Source of the DNA: Solirubrobacterales bacterium
GTDB taxonomy: Bacteria > Actinomycetota > Thermoleophilia > Solirubrobacterales > Solirubrobacteraceae
Direction: 5' to 3'
Assembly: GCA_025963965.1 (NCBI GenBank)
Contig: JAOPZS010000044.1
Coordinates: 4,170 to 68,169 of the forward strand
Length of the DNA stretch: 64,000 bases
Below the pieces are notes generated by a model. That model was not told where the DNA came from. It saw only the letters and a list, made by a program, of their open reading frames with translations, and did no database searches. Positions 9,150 through 17,946 of the stretch are shown here, piece by piece (position 1 is the stretch's first letter; each line of letters starts with the position of its first letter). The position numbers were made by a program, and so were the translations under genes.

Positions 9150-10618
9150 GCAAGCTCCGCCGCGCCACCTCGGCGCGGGTCCCCTGCGCCGGTGAGGACC
9201 CCGTCGCGCCTGAGCGCCGCCTGCACGCCGCCGAAGAACAGGTTGAGCGCGGAGAAGCTGACCGTCGGCAGCTCCCCTCCCAGCGCGGTCAGGTCGATGC
9301 CGGGCTCGGCGTAGACGGTGCCGTCCTCGAGGTGCACGCGAGGCGCCCGAACGGCCTCGTCGACTCCGAGGCCGTGATCGACGACGCCGATGATCGTCTG
9401 CAGCAGCGCGGAGCGGATGCGGTTGGAGCCGGCGCTGCCGAGCACCAGCTCGACCTCCCCGTCGCGCAGCGCGATCGAGGGGGCCATCATGCTGGGCATG
9501 CGCCGTCCGGGCGGGTGCAGGTGGAAGCCGAGCGGGTTCAGGTCCTGCTCGCCCATCACGTTGTTGAGGTGGATGCCGGTGCCGGGCACGACGACGCCGG
9601 AGCCCTCGCCGTTGGTCGCGGTCGTGCTGCACGCCATTCCGGACTCGTCGATCACGGCGATGTGGGTGGTCGAGCCGAGGCGGCTCGAGAGGAAGCCCTC
9701 CAGGAAGCGCTCCTCGGCGAGCCCGTCCAGGAACTCGGCGCCGCGCTCTGACTGCGCGGCGGCCATCGCGCCGATGATCCCCTGCAGCGACGGCGGCGGC
9801 GGTTCGCGGTCGAGCAGGCCGAGGCTGTAGGCGAGCAGGATGCCGCCGGCCGAGGGCGGCGGGTTGGTGAGGATCTCGCGGTCGCGGTAGCCGATCCGCA
9901 CGGGGTCCCGCGCCACGGCCTGATAGCCGACGAGGTCGCTCGGCGAGAGCGACCCGCCGCGCTCGGCGAGCCAGTCGCAGACGGCGGTGGCGGTCTCGCC
10001 GCGGTAGAACGGCTCGGCGCCGTCGCGGCCGAAGCGCTCGAGCGCGTCGGCGAGGTCCGGGTTCCGCATCGTCTCGCCCTCGCGCAGCACCGCGCCGTGC
10101 GGGGCCCACAGAGCGGCACACTCGGGAGTCGAGACGAGCAGATCGGAGAGGATCTCTGCGACGTAGGCCTGCGCCGCGTTGAGCGGGACGCCGTCGCGGG
10201 CCATGCGAGCGGCCGGCTCGGCGAGTCGCGAGAGCGGGACGGTCCCCCAGCGCGCGGCGGCCGCGCAGATCCCGGCGGGGGTCCCGTAGACCCCGCACGA
10301 GGCCGGGCCGATGTGGAAGACCTGCGCGGCATCGCCGAAGGACACGTCGACGGCGAGCAGGTCCGCCTCGCTCCCGTCGCCGCGGCGGGTCGGCGCCTGA
10401 ACGAAGAAGTCGAGCAGCACAGGGGCCTGGCCGGCGCCGGCGACGAGCATGTAGCCGCCGGCTCCCAGGCCGGTCAGCAGCGCCTCTGTCACGAACGACG
10501 TCAGCATCGCCGCGATCGCCGCGTCGACCGCATTGCCGCCTTCGCGCAGCACCTGGGCTCCGGCACGCGCCGTCAGGGGGTGCCCGGCGGCGACGACACC
10601 TCTGCTCGGTCCGCTCAT
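9146..10618 (-). CDS. Gamma-glutamyltransferase family protein
   Basis: GGNAVDAAIA, GLGAGG, autocleavage GSTTHIAVID, LNNVMGE, SMMAP, GDPRRGG. Confidence 0.9.
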   Translation of the reverse strand: MSGPSRGVVAAGHPLTARAGAQVLREGGNAVDAAIAAMLTSFVTEALLTGLGAGGYMLVAGAGQAPVLLDFFVQAPTRRGDGSEADLLAVDVSFGDAAQVFHIGPASCGVYGTPAGICAAAARWGTVPLSRLAEPAARMARDGVPLNAAQAYVAEILSDLLVSTPECAALWAPHGAVLREGETMRNPDLADALERFGRDGAEPFYRGETATAVCDWLAERGGSLSPSDLVGYQAVARDPVRIGYRDREILTNPPPSAGGILLAYSLGLLDREPPPPSLQGIIGAMAAAQSERGAEFLDGLAEERFLEGFLSSRLGSTTHIAVIDESGMACSTTATNGEGSGVVVPGTGIHLNNVMGEQDLNPLGFHLHPPGRRMPSMMAPSIALRDGEVELVLGSAGSNRIRSALLQTIIGVVDHGLGVDEAVRAPRVHLEDGTVYAEPGIDLTALGGELPTVSFSALNLFFGGVQAALRRDGVLTGAGDPRRGGAAELA

Positions 10619-11322
10619 CTCGACCGCCGGCAGCGCAGCTGAAGGAAGTAGGGCTTCCGCGCCGCGTTCGACAGCGGCATCGGAGCGGTCGCCGCCGCGA
10701 CATCGTCCAGGCGTGGCTCTCCCAACCGCTCGATCGCGAAACCAGCCTCCGCGAGGGCGTCCGTGTACGCGCTGAGGGGGCGGTGCGCGTCCTCGAAGAC
10801 CATCGGCACGCCGCCGCGTTCGATCTTCTCGGAGACGCGATGCTCGCGGAAGTAATCGGCCATCGCCGCATCGGGCCGATTCAGCGGATGCAGGATCGCG
10901 ACACAGAGGCGCCCGCCGGGCGTAAGCACCCGCGCCGTCTCGCGAACCGCCGTCCCGACGTCGTCCACGGTGATGAGTGACATGAACGCCACGGCGAGGT
11001 CGAACCTCCCGTCCGCAAAGGGCATGGACGTCGCCGACTCGCACACCACCGTCTCGTAGCCGCCGGCTTCGCGCGCTAGCTCAACGAGGGTCGGGGAGGA
11101 GTCCAGTCCCGTGACGCGGTGGCCGAGCCGCGACAGCTCACGCCCGACGCGCCCCTCCCCGCACCCGACGTCGAGGGTTCTCCCCCGAGCGTCGGGGAGC
11201 ATGCGCCGGAACGCGGGCCAGTTCAGAGCCTCGAAGAACTGGTCGTGCTCGGGGGTCCGCGCCCATGCCGCCCATTCAGCCGCTTTCGCCTCCCACGCAT
11301 CGCTCAAGCTCAAAGCATCCAC
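10615..11322 (-). CDS. Class I SAM-dependent methyltransferase
   Basis: LDVGCGEGR, GLDSS, FDLAVAFMSL. Confidence 0.85.
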   Translation of the reverse strand: MDALSLSDAWEAKAAEWAAWARTPEHDQFFEALNWPAFRRMLPDARGRTLDVGCGEGRVGRELSRLGHRVTGLDSSPTLVELAREAGGYETVVCESATSMPFADGRFDLAVAFMSLITVDDVGTAVRETARVLTPGGRLCVAILHPLNRPDAAMADYFREHRVSEKIERGGVPMVFEDAHRPLSAYTDALAEAGFAIERLGEPRLDDVAAATAPMPLSNAARKPYFLQLRCRRSR

Positions 11323-11405
11323 GCGCTGATTATCGGCAAGTCCGCACGCGCGGCACGTGAAGGGTGCGAGGACACCGCCCCCGCGCCGGGTCTATGTCCG
11401 CCAGA

Positions 11406-12830
11406 TCAGAGGTTCGGGATGAACTCGGGTACTTCTAGCTCGTCGAGTGAGCCGCGGCTGCGTCCTGGCGCCGTCGGTGCAGTGCCACGTTGCGCACGCA
11501 CCTCGCCGCTGGCGGGCTCGCGGAAGCGACTGGCGCTCTTGCGCCGGCCCTCGTCGCCGTAGCCGGTGGCGACGACCGTCACCCACACCTGGTCGTCGAG
11601 CTTCTCGTCGACCATCGCGCCGAAGATGATGTTGGCGTCCGGGTGTGCGGCCTCGGAGACCGACTTGGCGGCCTCGTTGACCTCCCAGAGCGAGAGGTTG
11701 TTGCCGCCGGTGATCGACAGCAGGATCGAGCGGGCGCCCTCCATCGAGGTTTCCAGCAGCGGCGAGGAGACGGCCTGCATCGCGGCCTCCGTGGCGCGGT
11801 TCTCGCCGACGCCCATGCCGATCCCGAGCAGGGCGCTCCCGGCTTCCTTCATGATCGTGCGCACGTCGGCGAAGTCGAGGTTGATCAGGCCGGGCAGCGT
11901 GACGAGGTCCGAGACCCCCTGCACTCCCTGGCGCAGCACGTCGTCGGCGACGCGGAACGCGTCGACCATCGAGGTCTGCTTGTCGAGGACGGCCAGCAGG
12001 CGGTCGTTGGGGACGACGATCAGAGTGTCGACCTCCTGGGCGAGCGCTTCGACTCCCCGCTCTCCCTGCTCGCTGCGACGGGTGCCCTCGAAGCCGAAGG
12101 GCTTGGTGACGATGCCGACGGTCAGCGCGCCGACTTCGCGGGCGATGCGCGCCACCACCGGCGCCGCGCCGGTCCCGGTGCCGCCGCCGGAACCGGCGGC
12201 GATGAAGATCATGTCGGACCCCTTCAGCAGCGCCTTCATGCGGTCGTAGTCCTCCATCGCCGCCTGGCGGCCGACGTCGGAGTCAGACCCCGAGCCCAGT
12301 CCGCGCGTGAGTTCCGCGCCGATGTGCAGGGTGATGTCGGCGGTCGACTGCTGCAGCGACTGCACGTCGGTGTTGACGGCGATGAACTCGATGCCCTCGA
12401 CCTCGGCCTCGACCATGCGGTTGACTGCGTTGACGCCGCCGCCGCCGACACCGACGACGCGGATGATCGGCTGGCCGGGGGCTGTGGCGGCGGGCGTGTA
12501 GGTCGATTCGCGCTGGTATTCCGGCGGCGCGTTGCGTGACGCCGGGCGGTCCATCACGTTCTCCGGGATCTCCGAGGAGAAGGCGTGACGCAGGCGCTCC
12601 TGCGGCGTCGGGATCTGCGGGGCCTCGGCGGGCGCCTCGGGCGTGGCGCTCAGCGCGGGGTGCGGCAGACCGGTCTTGCGGGGATGAGCGGGGGCGGGAG
12701 GCTCCTCGCGGGGCGGGGCGGAACGCTTCGGGGAAGCGGGCGCGGCCTCGGCGTCGTCGCCTTCTTCGGTCTTGCGAAACAGGGCCGCCAGTGGCCCTTC
12801 GCGCATGCTGGCACGCCTAGGATTGGCCAT
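11406..12830 (-). CDS. ftsZ: FtsZ with ~120-aa N-terminal extension
   Basis: VGVGGGGVNAVNRM, NTD, GGGTGTG tubulin signature, T7 loop GLINLDFADV, C-terminal LEVPEFI; AGGAGG SD 9 nt before ATG 12830. Confidence 0.95.
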   Translation of the reverse strand: MANPRRASMREGPLAALFRKTEEGDDAEAAPASPKRSAPPREEPPAPAHPRKTGLPHPALSATPEAPAEAPQIPTPQERLRHAFSSEIPENVMDRPASRNAPPEYQRESTYTPAATAPGQPIIRVVGVGGGGVNAVNRMVEAEVEGIEFIAVNTDVQSLQQSTADITLHIGAELTRGLGSGSDSDVGRQAAMEDYDRMKALLKGSDMIFIAAGSGGGTGTGAAPVVARIAREVGALTVGIVTKPFGFEGTRRSEQGERGVEALAQEVDTLIVVPNDRLLAVLDKQTSMVDAFRVADDVLRQGVQGVSDLVTLPGLINLDFADVRTIMKEAGSALLGIGMGVGENRATEAAMQAVSSPLLETSMEGARSILLSITGGNNLSLWEVNEAAKSVSEAAHPDANIIFGAMVDEKLDDQVWVTVVATGYGDEGRRKSASRFREPASGEVRAQRGTAPTAPGRSRGSLDELEVPEFIPNL

Positions 12831-13584
12831 GGGTGAGAACCTCCTGGGCGAGTTGCCGGTAGGACTGGGCCGCCACGCCGTCCGGCTCGTACTTCAGCAC
12901 CGACATCCCCTTCACGGGGGCCTCGGCGAAACGAACCGTCTTGCGGATGCGCGAGGCGAACACTCGGTCCCCGAAGTTTTCTTCGAGGATCTCGATCGCC
13001 TCCTTCGCGTGGATCGTGCGTGAATCCACCAGTGTCGGCAGGATACCCTCGATGTCGACACCGGGATTCAGGTTCTCCCGGATCATCGCGAGCGTGTTCT
13101 GCAGCTGGATCAATCCGCGCATCGACAGATACTCGCATTGCACGGGGACGATCACCTTGTCGGCAGCCGTCAGCGCGTTGATCGTCAGCAGCCCGAGGCT
13201 CGGGGGCGTGTCTATGCAGATGAAGTCGTAGTCCTCGAGGATCGGTTCGAAGGCCTTCTGCAGGGAGCGCTCGCGACCGATCATCGTCGACATCGCGATC
13301 TCCGCTCCGGCCAGGTCGATCGACGCGCAGGCGACATCGATCTCGCGGCGCTTGATCACCTCGCGGAGGGAGACCTTGTGGACGAGCACGTCGTACATCG
13401 ATTTCTCGAGCGTGTCCGGATCGATCCCCTGCGACATCGTCAGGTTCCCCTGGGGGTCCATGTCGACGCACAGCACGCGGTGGCCCTCCTCGGCGAATGC
13501 GGCCGCGAGGTTCAGCGTTGTCGTCGTCTTGGCCACGCCGCCCTTCTGATTGGCGAATGCGATGACCTTGGCCTTTCCTTCCAC
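12817..13584 (-). CDS. parA: ParA/Soj-family ATPase
   Basis: Deviant Walker A NQKGGVAKTTT, DMDPQGN, IDTPPSLG, VQCEYLS, TVRFAEAP; its stop overlaps the ftsZ start. Confidence 0.92.
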   Translation of the reverse strand: MEGKAKVIAFANQKGGVAKTTTTLNLAAAFAEEGHRVLCVDMDPQGNLTMSQGIDPDTLEKSMYDVLVHKVSLREVIKRREIDVACASIDLAGAEIAMSTMIGRERSLQKAFEPILEDYDFICIDTPPSLGLLTINALTAADKVIVPVQCEYLSMRGLIQLQNTLAMIRENLNPGVDIEGILPTLVDSRTIHAKEAIEILEENFGDRVFASRIRKTVRFAEAPVKGMSVLKYEPDGVAAQSYRQLAQEVLTHGQS

Positions 13585-13673
13585 GGTGGCTCCGATGCTC
13601 GTTTGCTGGAAAGCCTTCCGGTGGGTATTCGCATGGTCACGGTGGATTCCTGCATGGGAACTACGATCCCGGG

Positions 13674-14804
13674 ATGGCCCGGGGCAACAGCTCAGCCGCG
13701 CGCACGCTCCGGTCCCGGCTGACCGGCAGGCGCGTCATCGTCACGCTCGGCGCCGGCGGCGTCGGCAAGACCACCACCTCGGCGGCGCTGGCGCTGGCCC
13801 TGGCGATGCGTGGCGGCAAGGTCGCAGTCGTGACGATCGACCCGGCGCGGCGGCTGGCGACCGCGCTCGGCCTGGAGAATCTGTCCGGCGAGCCGCATCG
13901 CATCGACGCGGTGGCGCTCGAGCACGCGGGCGTCGAGCTGCGGGGGGAGCTGTGGGCGATGATGCTCGACACGAAGGCGACGTTCGATGCGGTCGTCGAG
14001 CGTCTCGCGCCGGACGAGGCGTCCCGCGAGGAGATCCTCGCCAATCCGGTCTACCGCGAGCTCTCCACGGCGGTCGCCGGCTCCAACGAGCTGAGCGCGG
14101 TGGCGAAGCTCTACGAGCTGCACGCCGAGCACGAGTTCGACGTGATCGTGCTCGACACGCCACCGTCGCGCAACGCCCTGGACTTCCTCGAAGCACCCGG
14201 GCGCCTGCTGGGGTTCCTGGAAGGCCGTGCGCTGCAGGTGTTCCTGGCTCCGGGGGGGCTGACGGCGAAGCTGTTCGGGCGCGGCACGGCGCTGGTGTTC
14301 GCGATCTTCGCGCGCGTGACGGGCGTCGACATGCTCGGCGAGCTGTCGCGCTTCTTCCGATCTCTCGGCGGCATCCTCGACGGCTTCGGCGAGCGCACGC
14401 GGGTCGTTCAGCAGCTTCTGCGCTCGGAGCAGACCGGTTTTCTGATCGTCACCTCACCGGAGCCCGAGCCGGTGCGCGAGGCGCGCTTCCTGGCCGAGCG
14501 GCTGCGCGAGACGGGGCTCGGAGAGCCGGAGCTGATCGTCAACCGTGTGCACCTCGACGGGCTCGGCGGGCGCTCTCCGGAGGAGCTCGCCGAACGGCTG
14601 ACGGACGACCTCGGCGCCGACCTCGCCAGGCGGGTCGCGTCGAACCTCGCCGACTTCGACGTGCTCGTGCGCCGGGACGAGGGGACCGTGCGCGAGCTGG
14701 AGGCACTGCTCGGCGGCCGCGAGCCGACGCTCGTCGGCCACCTAGATGAAGAGGTCCAGGATCTCCTCGGCCTCGCGCGCATCGCCGAACAGCTCGGCGT
14801 CTGA
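13674..14804 (+). CDS. ArsA/Get3-family ATPase (Rv3680-like)
   Basis: GAGGVGKTT, TIDPARRLA, DTPPSRNALDFL. Confidence 0.88.
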   Translation: MARGNSSAARTLRSRLTGRRVIVTLGAGGVGKTTTSAALALALAMRGGKVAVVTIDPARRLATALGLENLSGEPHRIDAVALEHAGVELRGELWAMMLDTKATFDAVVERLAPDEASREEILANPVYRELSTAVAGSNELSAVAKLYELHAEHEFDVIVLDTPPSRNALDFLEAPGRLLGFLEGRALQVFLAPGGLTAKLFGRGTALVFAIFARVTGVDMLGELSRFFRSLGGILDGFGERTRVVQQLLRSEQTGFLIVTSPEPEPVREARFLAERLRETGLGEPELIVNRVHLDGLGGRSPEELAERLTDDLGADLARRVASNLADFDVLVRRDEGTVRELEALLGGREPTLVGHLDEEVQDLLGLARIAEQLGV

Positions 14805-16178
14805 GGAGCCGGCCGCGGCGGCGCGGCCGCGGGAGTCTGAGATCCGCAGCGGAACGGTGCCCGGAACGGCCGGCTCGAAGCGATCGGGCGGCTCGGGATC
14901 GTCGGCGATCGCCGCGTCGTGAGCGTCCTCCTCGGCGACGACCGGCTCGGCCAGCAGCAGTTCGTCGGCGAGGCCGACCAGATCCGCGTCGAGGTGACCG
15001 CAGATCACGTCGCGCAGCAGCGCGCGCAGGTGGTCGGCGAGGTCGCCGGCCAGCGCGGCGGCGCCGGCGCGGGTCGTCGCGGCCCCGGCGAGCACGGCGC
15101 GCTCGAGCGCGATCGCCTGCACGGTGCGCTCGGTCAGGACGAGGCGGCGCTCGGGTGTCGCGCAGAGCGCGGCCAGGCGCCCGGCGAGCATCCCGCTGGA
15201 GGGCCCCTCGGGCTCGAGCAGCGCGCGCAGGGCCAGCAGGTTGTCGCTGAGAGCCTCGAACGGATCGTTGCGCTCGCAGCCCATCTCGAAGCGGCGCAGT
15301 GCCCATGCCAGCTCGTTGCCGTGGGGGGCGCGCCTCGACACGAGGTTGCAGAACGCGCGCAGCTCGTCCTCGTGTTCGGTTGTGACGACGAGCATCCCGT
15401 GCGGGCGCCCGCCGCCACCGAGCGGCAGCGGCGTCCACGCCCCGCCGCCGATCCGCGCCCAGGCGAGCGCGCCGAGCGTGACGCGCCCGTCGCCGAACAG
15501 GCGCAGGGCGCGGAGCAGGTCCCGAAGCACCTCGCGCCCACGCGGCAGCGCATCGGCCGGATCCTCGTCCTCGGTTGCGAGCACCACGACCAGGTGCTCG
15601 AGCCCGTCCTCGCCGGCGCCACGCGCCTCGGGCGGGAGCCCTTCGAGCGCGTCGGGCCTGGCGATCGTCAGGCCGGCGGTCAGCGGCAGCTCAGGTGAGG
15701 TGATCGTCACTCCGCAGAGACGCGCGACGATCGTCACCTCGGCAGTGGCGGTGAGAGCGGTGCTCTGAAGCCGCTCGAGCGCGGCGCGCACGCGCTCGTC
15801 GTGCAGCTGGAAGTCGGACTGCTCAGCGAACACATCACCGAGCAGCGAGCCGATCGCGGCGCGCACCTGCGCTTTGGGGGTTAGGCGCGTGACGTCCTCT
15901 CCGACCGCGATCAGGTAGCGCTCGAGCCCCTCGAAGGCGGTGAGCTGCAGCGAGGCCGGGGCGTACTCGGGCAGGTCTTCGAGCTCTGGGCGCCGGTCGG
16001 CGACGAACTCGGCTGTGAGCGGTCGGTAGCAGTACAGGGAGGGCCCGCGCGCGCCGCGGGACGGCTGCTGTTCGAGCTCGAACGGGATCTCGGCGCCGGC
16101 CTCGAGCTCGCCGGTGAGCAACGCAGCGGCGGCCTGTAGGTAATCGGTCAGCGCGGACTGCAGTTGGACGGAGCGCAT
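14742..16178 (-). CDS. Hypothetical protein with degenerate ApeA-like HEPN-type C-terminal region
   Basis: 478-aa ORF; WALRRF..EALSDNLLALRALLE..RLAAL..R pattern; no RxxxxH. Confidence 0.6.
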   Translation of the reverse strand: MRSVQLQSALTDYLQAAAALLTGELEAGAEIPFELEQQPSRGARGPSLYCYRPLTAEFVADRRPELEDLPEYAPASLQLTAFEGLERYLIAVGEDVTRLTPKAQVRAAIGSLLGDVFAEQSDFQLHDERVRAALERLQSTALTATAEVTIVARLCGVTITSPELPLTAGLTIARPDALEGLPPEARGAGEDGLEHLVVVLATEDEDPADALPRGREVLRDLLRALRLFGDGRVTLGALAWARIGGGAWTPLPLGGGGRPHGMLVVTTEHEDELRAFCNLVSRRAPHGNELAWALRRFEMGCERNDPFEALSDNLLALRALLEPEGPSSGMLAGRLAALCATPERRLVLTERTVQAIALERAVLAGAATTRAGAAALAGDLADHLRALLRDVICGHLDADLVGLADELLLAEPVVAEEDAHDAAIADDPEPPDRFEPAVPGTVPLRISDSRGRAAAAGSSDAELFGDAREAEEILDLFI

Positions 16179-16275
16179 GATGCGCTGACTTCTCCTCGGG
16201 GCCAGGCGCTCCTGCCGGCGCAGGGCAGCTTGCAGCCGCCCGGCTGTCCAGCGTCCTACTGTGGCGGGACGGCGC

Positions 16276-16641
16276 TCAGGCGACGGCTAGCTGGCCGTCG
16301 GCGAGCGCCTCTTGGGCGCGCTCGGCGCAGCTGACGCCGAGCCAGTCTTCGCCGTAGGAGCGCATGTCGTCGATGATCGGCAGCAATGCGCGGCCCTTCT
16401 CGGTCAGCGCGTACTCGACCCGCGGCGGCACCTCGGGGAAGGTGTGTCGCTCGACGATGCCCTCCTCCTCGAGCGCCCGCAGGCGCAGTGACAGCGTGCG
16501 CGGGCTGATGCCGGCAAGCGAGCGTTCCAGCTCGCAGAAGCGGGAGTGGCCCTCCGACAGATCGCGCACCAGCAGCAGCGTCCACTTGCTGCACACGATC
16601 TCAGCTGTGAGGCACACCGGGCATGTTTCATCTACGGCCAT
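16276..16641 (-). CDS. HxlR-family winged-helix regulator
   Basis: CPV..KWTLLLVRDL..RFCELERSL.GISPRTLS..PPRVEYALT. Confidence 0.9.
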   Translation of the reverse strand: MAVDETCPVCLTAEIVCSKWTLLLVRDLSEGHSRFCELERSLAGISPRTLSLRLRALEEEGIVERHTFPEVPPRVEYALTEKGRALLPIIDDMRSYGEDWLGVSCAERAQEALADGQLAVA

Positions 16642-16705
16642 CTGGCCTTTTACTTTACCAAATGAAGTAAGGGGCCACTCGGCCGCAGAGCTTGGCCGCG
16701 GGGGC

Positions 16706-17884
16706 CTAGACGCCGAGCGGCGAGCTGGGGGCGGAGACGCCTTCGCGCTGCGTCTCGGCGGAGGCGACATCCTCCATCGTCGTACCGCGCCTGCCGTCGG
16801 ACTGCATCAACAGCTTGAAGTCGTGAGGGCTCGAGGCGACGAGCATGGCGTCCTCGAACGTGACGCGGCCGGCCTTTACGTGGCCGAACAGCGCCTGGTC
16901 GAAGGTCTGCATGCCGTAGTAGGCGCCGCTGGTGATGACCTCGACGAGTTTCCCGGTCTGATCGGGGTCGAGGATCATGTCGCGGACACGGCCCGTCATA
17001 CGGAGGATCTCGCAGACCGCCACGCGGCCGCCGTCGGCGCCCGGGACGAGCCGCTGGGAGATGACTCCCTTGACCGTGCCGGCGATCATCGAGCGCGCCT
17101 GCTGGTGCTGATGGGGCGGGAAGAAGTCGAGCATCCGGTTGATCGACTCGGTCGCGTCGACCGTGTGGATCGTGGAGAGCACGAGGTGGCCCGTCTCAGC
17201 GGCCGAGAGGGCCGTCTGGACGGTCTCCTCATCGCGCATCTCGCCAACCAGGATCACGTCCGGGTCCTGGCGCAGGACGCGGCGCAGGGCGCGCTTGAAG
17301 GAAGCGGTGTCCATGCCGACTTCGCGCTGGTTGATGGCGGAGCGTTTGTCGGTGTGCACGAACTCGATCGGATCCTCGATCGTCACGATGTGCTTGCTCA
17401 TCGTGTTGTTCATGTGGTCGATCATCGCCGCGAGCGTCGTCGACTTCCCAGATCCGGTCGTGCCGGTCAGCAGCACGATCCCGCGCTCCTCCTCGGCCAG
17501 CTCGCGCACGACATCCGGGAGCGACAGCTCCTCGATCGTGCTGATCTTGTGGGGGATCGCACGGCAGACGAGCGAGATCGTCCCGCGCTGCATGAAGGCG
17601 TTGACGCGGTAGCGGGCGACTCCCTCTATTTCATAGGAGAAGTCGACCTCGTGGTCCTGGTCGAATTCTTCGAGCTTGTGCTCGTCGGGCAGGAGGTCGC
17701 GTAGCGCCTGCTCGGTGTCCGCTGCCACCAGCGGCTCGACGCCGGCGTCGAGCGTCAGGTCACCCTGGACGCGGAACAGTGGAGAGGAGCCGACCTTCAG
17801 GTGGAGATCGGAGCCCTCTTTCTCGACGAGCTCCCGCAGGGCGGACTTGACTTCGAACATGTACCGCGCATCGGCATCCCCCAT
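16706..17884 (-). CDS. pilT: PilT/PilU-family type IV pilus retraction ATPase
   Basis: SDLHL, GTTGSGKSTT, TIEDPIE, RQDPDVILVGEMRD, ETGHLVLSTIH, GMQTFDQAL. Confidence 0.88.
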   Translation of the reverse strand: MGDADARYMFEVKSALRELVEKEGSDLHLKVGSSPLFRVQGDLTLDAGVEPLVAADTEQALRDLLPDEHKLEEFDQDHEVDFSYEIEGVARYRVNAFMQRGTISLVCRAIPHKISTIEELSLPDVVRELAEEERGIVLLTGTTGSGKSTTLAAMIDHMNNTMSKHIVTIEDPIEFVHTDKRSAINQREVGMDTASFKRALRRVLRQDPDVILVGEMRDEETVQTALSAAETGHLVLSTIHTVDATESINRMLDFFPPHQHQQARSMIAGTVKGVISQRLVPGADGGRVAVCEILRMTGRVRDMILDPDQTGKLVEVITSGAYYGMQTFDQALFGHVKAGRVTFEDAMLVASSPHDFKLLMQSDGRRGTTMEDVASAETQREGVSAPSSPLGV

Positions 17885-17946
17885 TCAGGCCTTGAGCGAC
17901 GACCGCCCCACTGGACGCGGACGCAGTCAGTGGGACCGCCGTCAGG

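Noticed and set aside
12817-13673. Chromosomal parABS locus
   Set aside because: No parB gene, no parS palindrome (GTTTCACGTGAAAC-like) seen, and no origin-region genes.
13674-14804. Arsenic resistance (arsA)
   Set aside because: No arsB, arsD, arsC or arsR nearby; single domain with no metalloid-binding Cys; fits the Get3-like actinobacterial clade.
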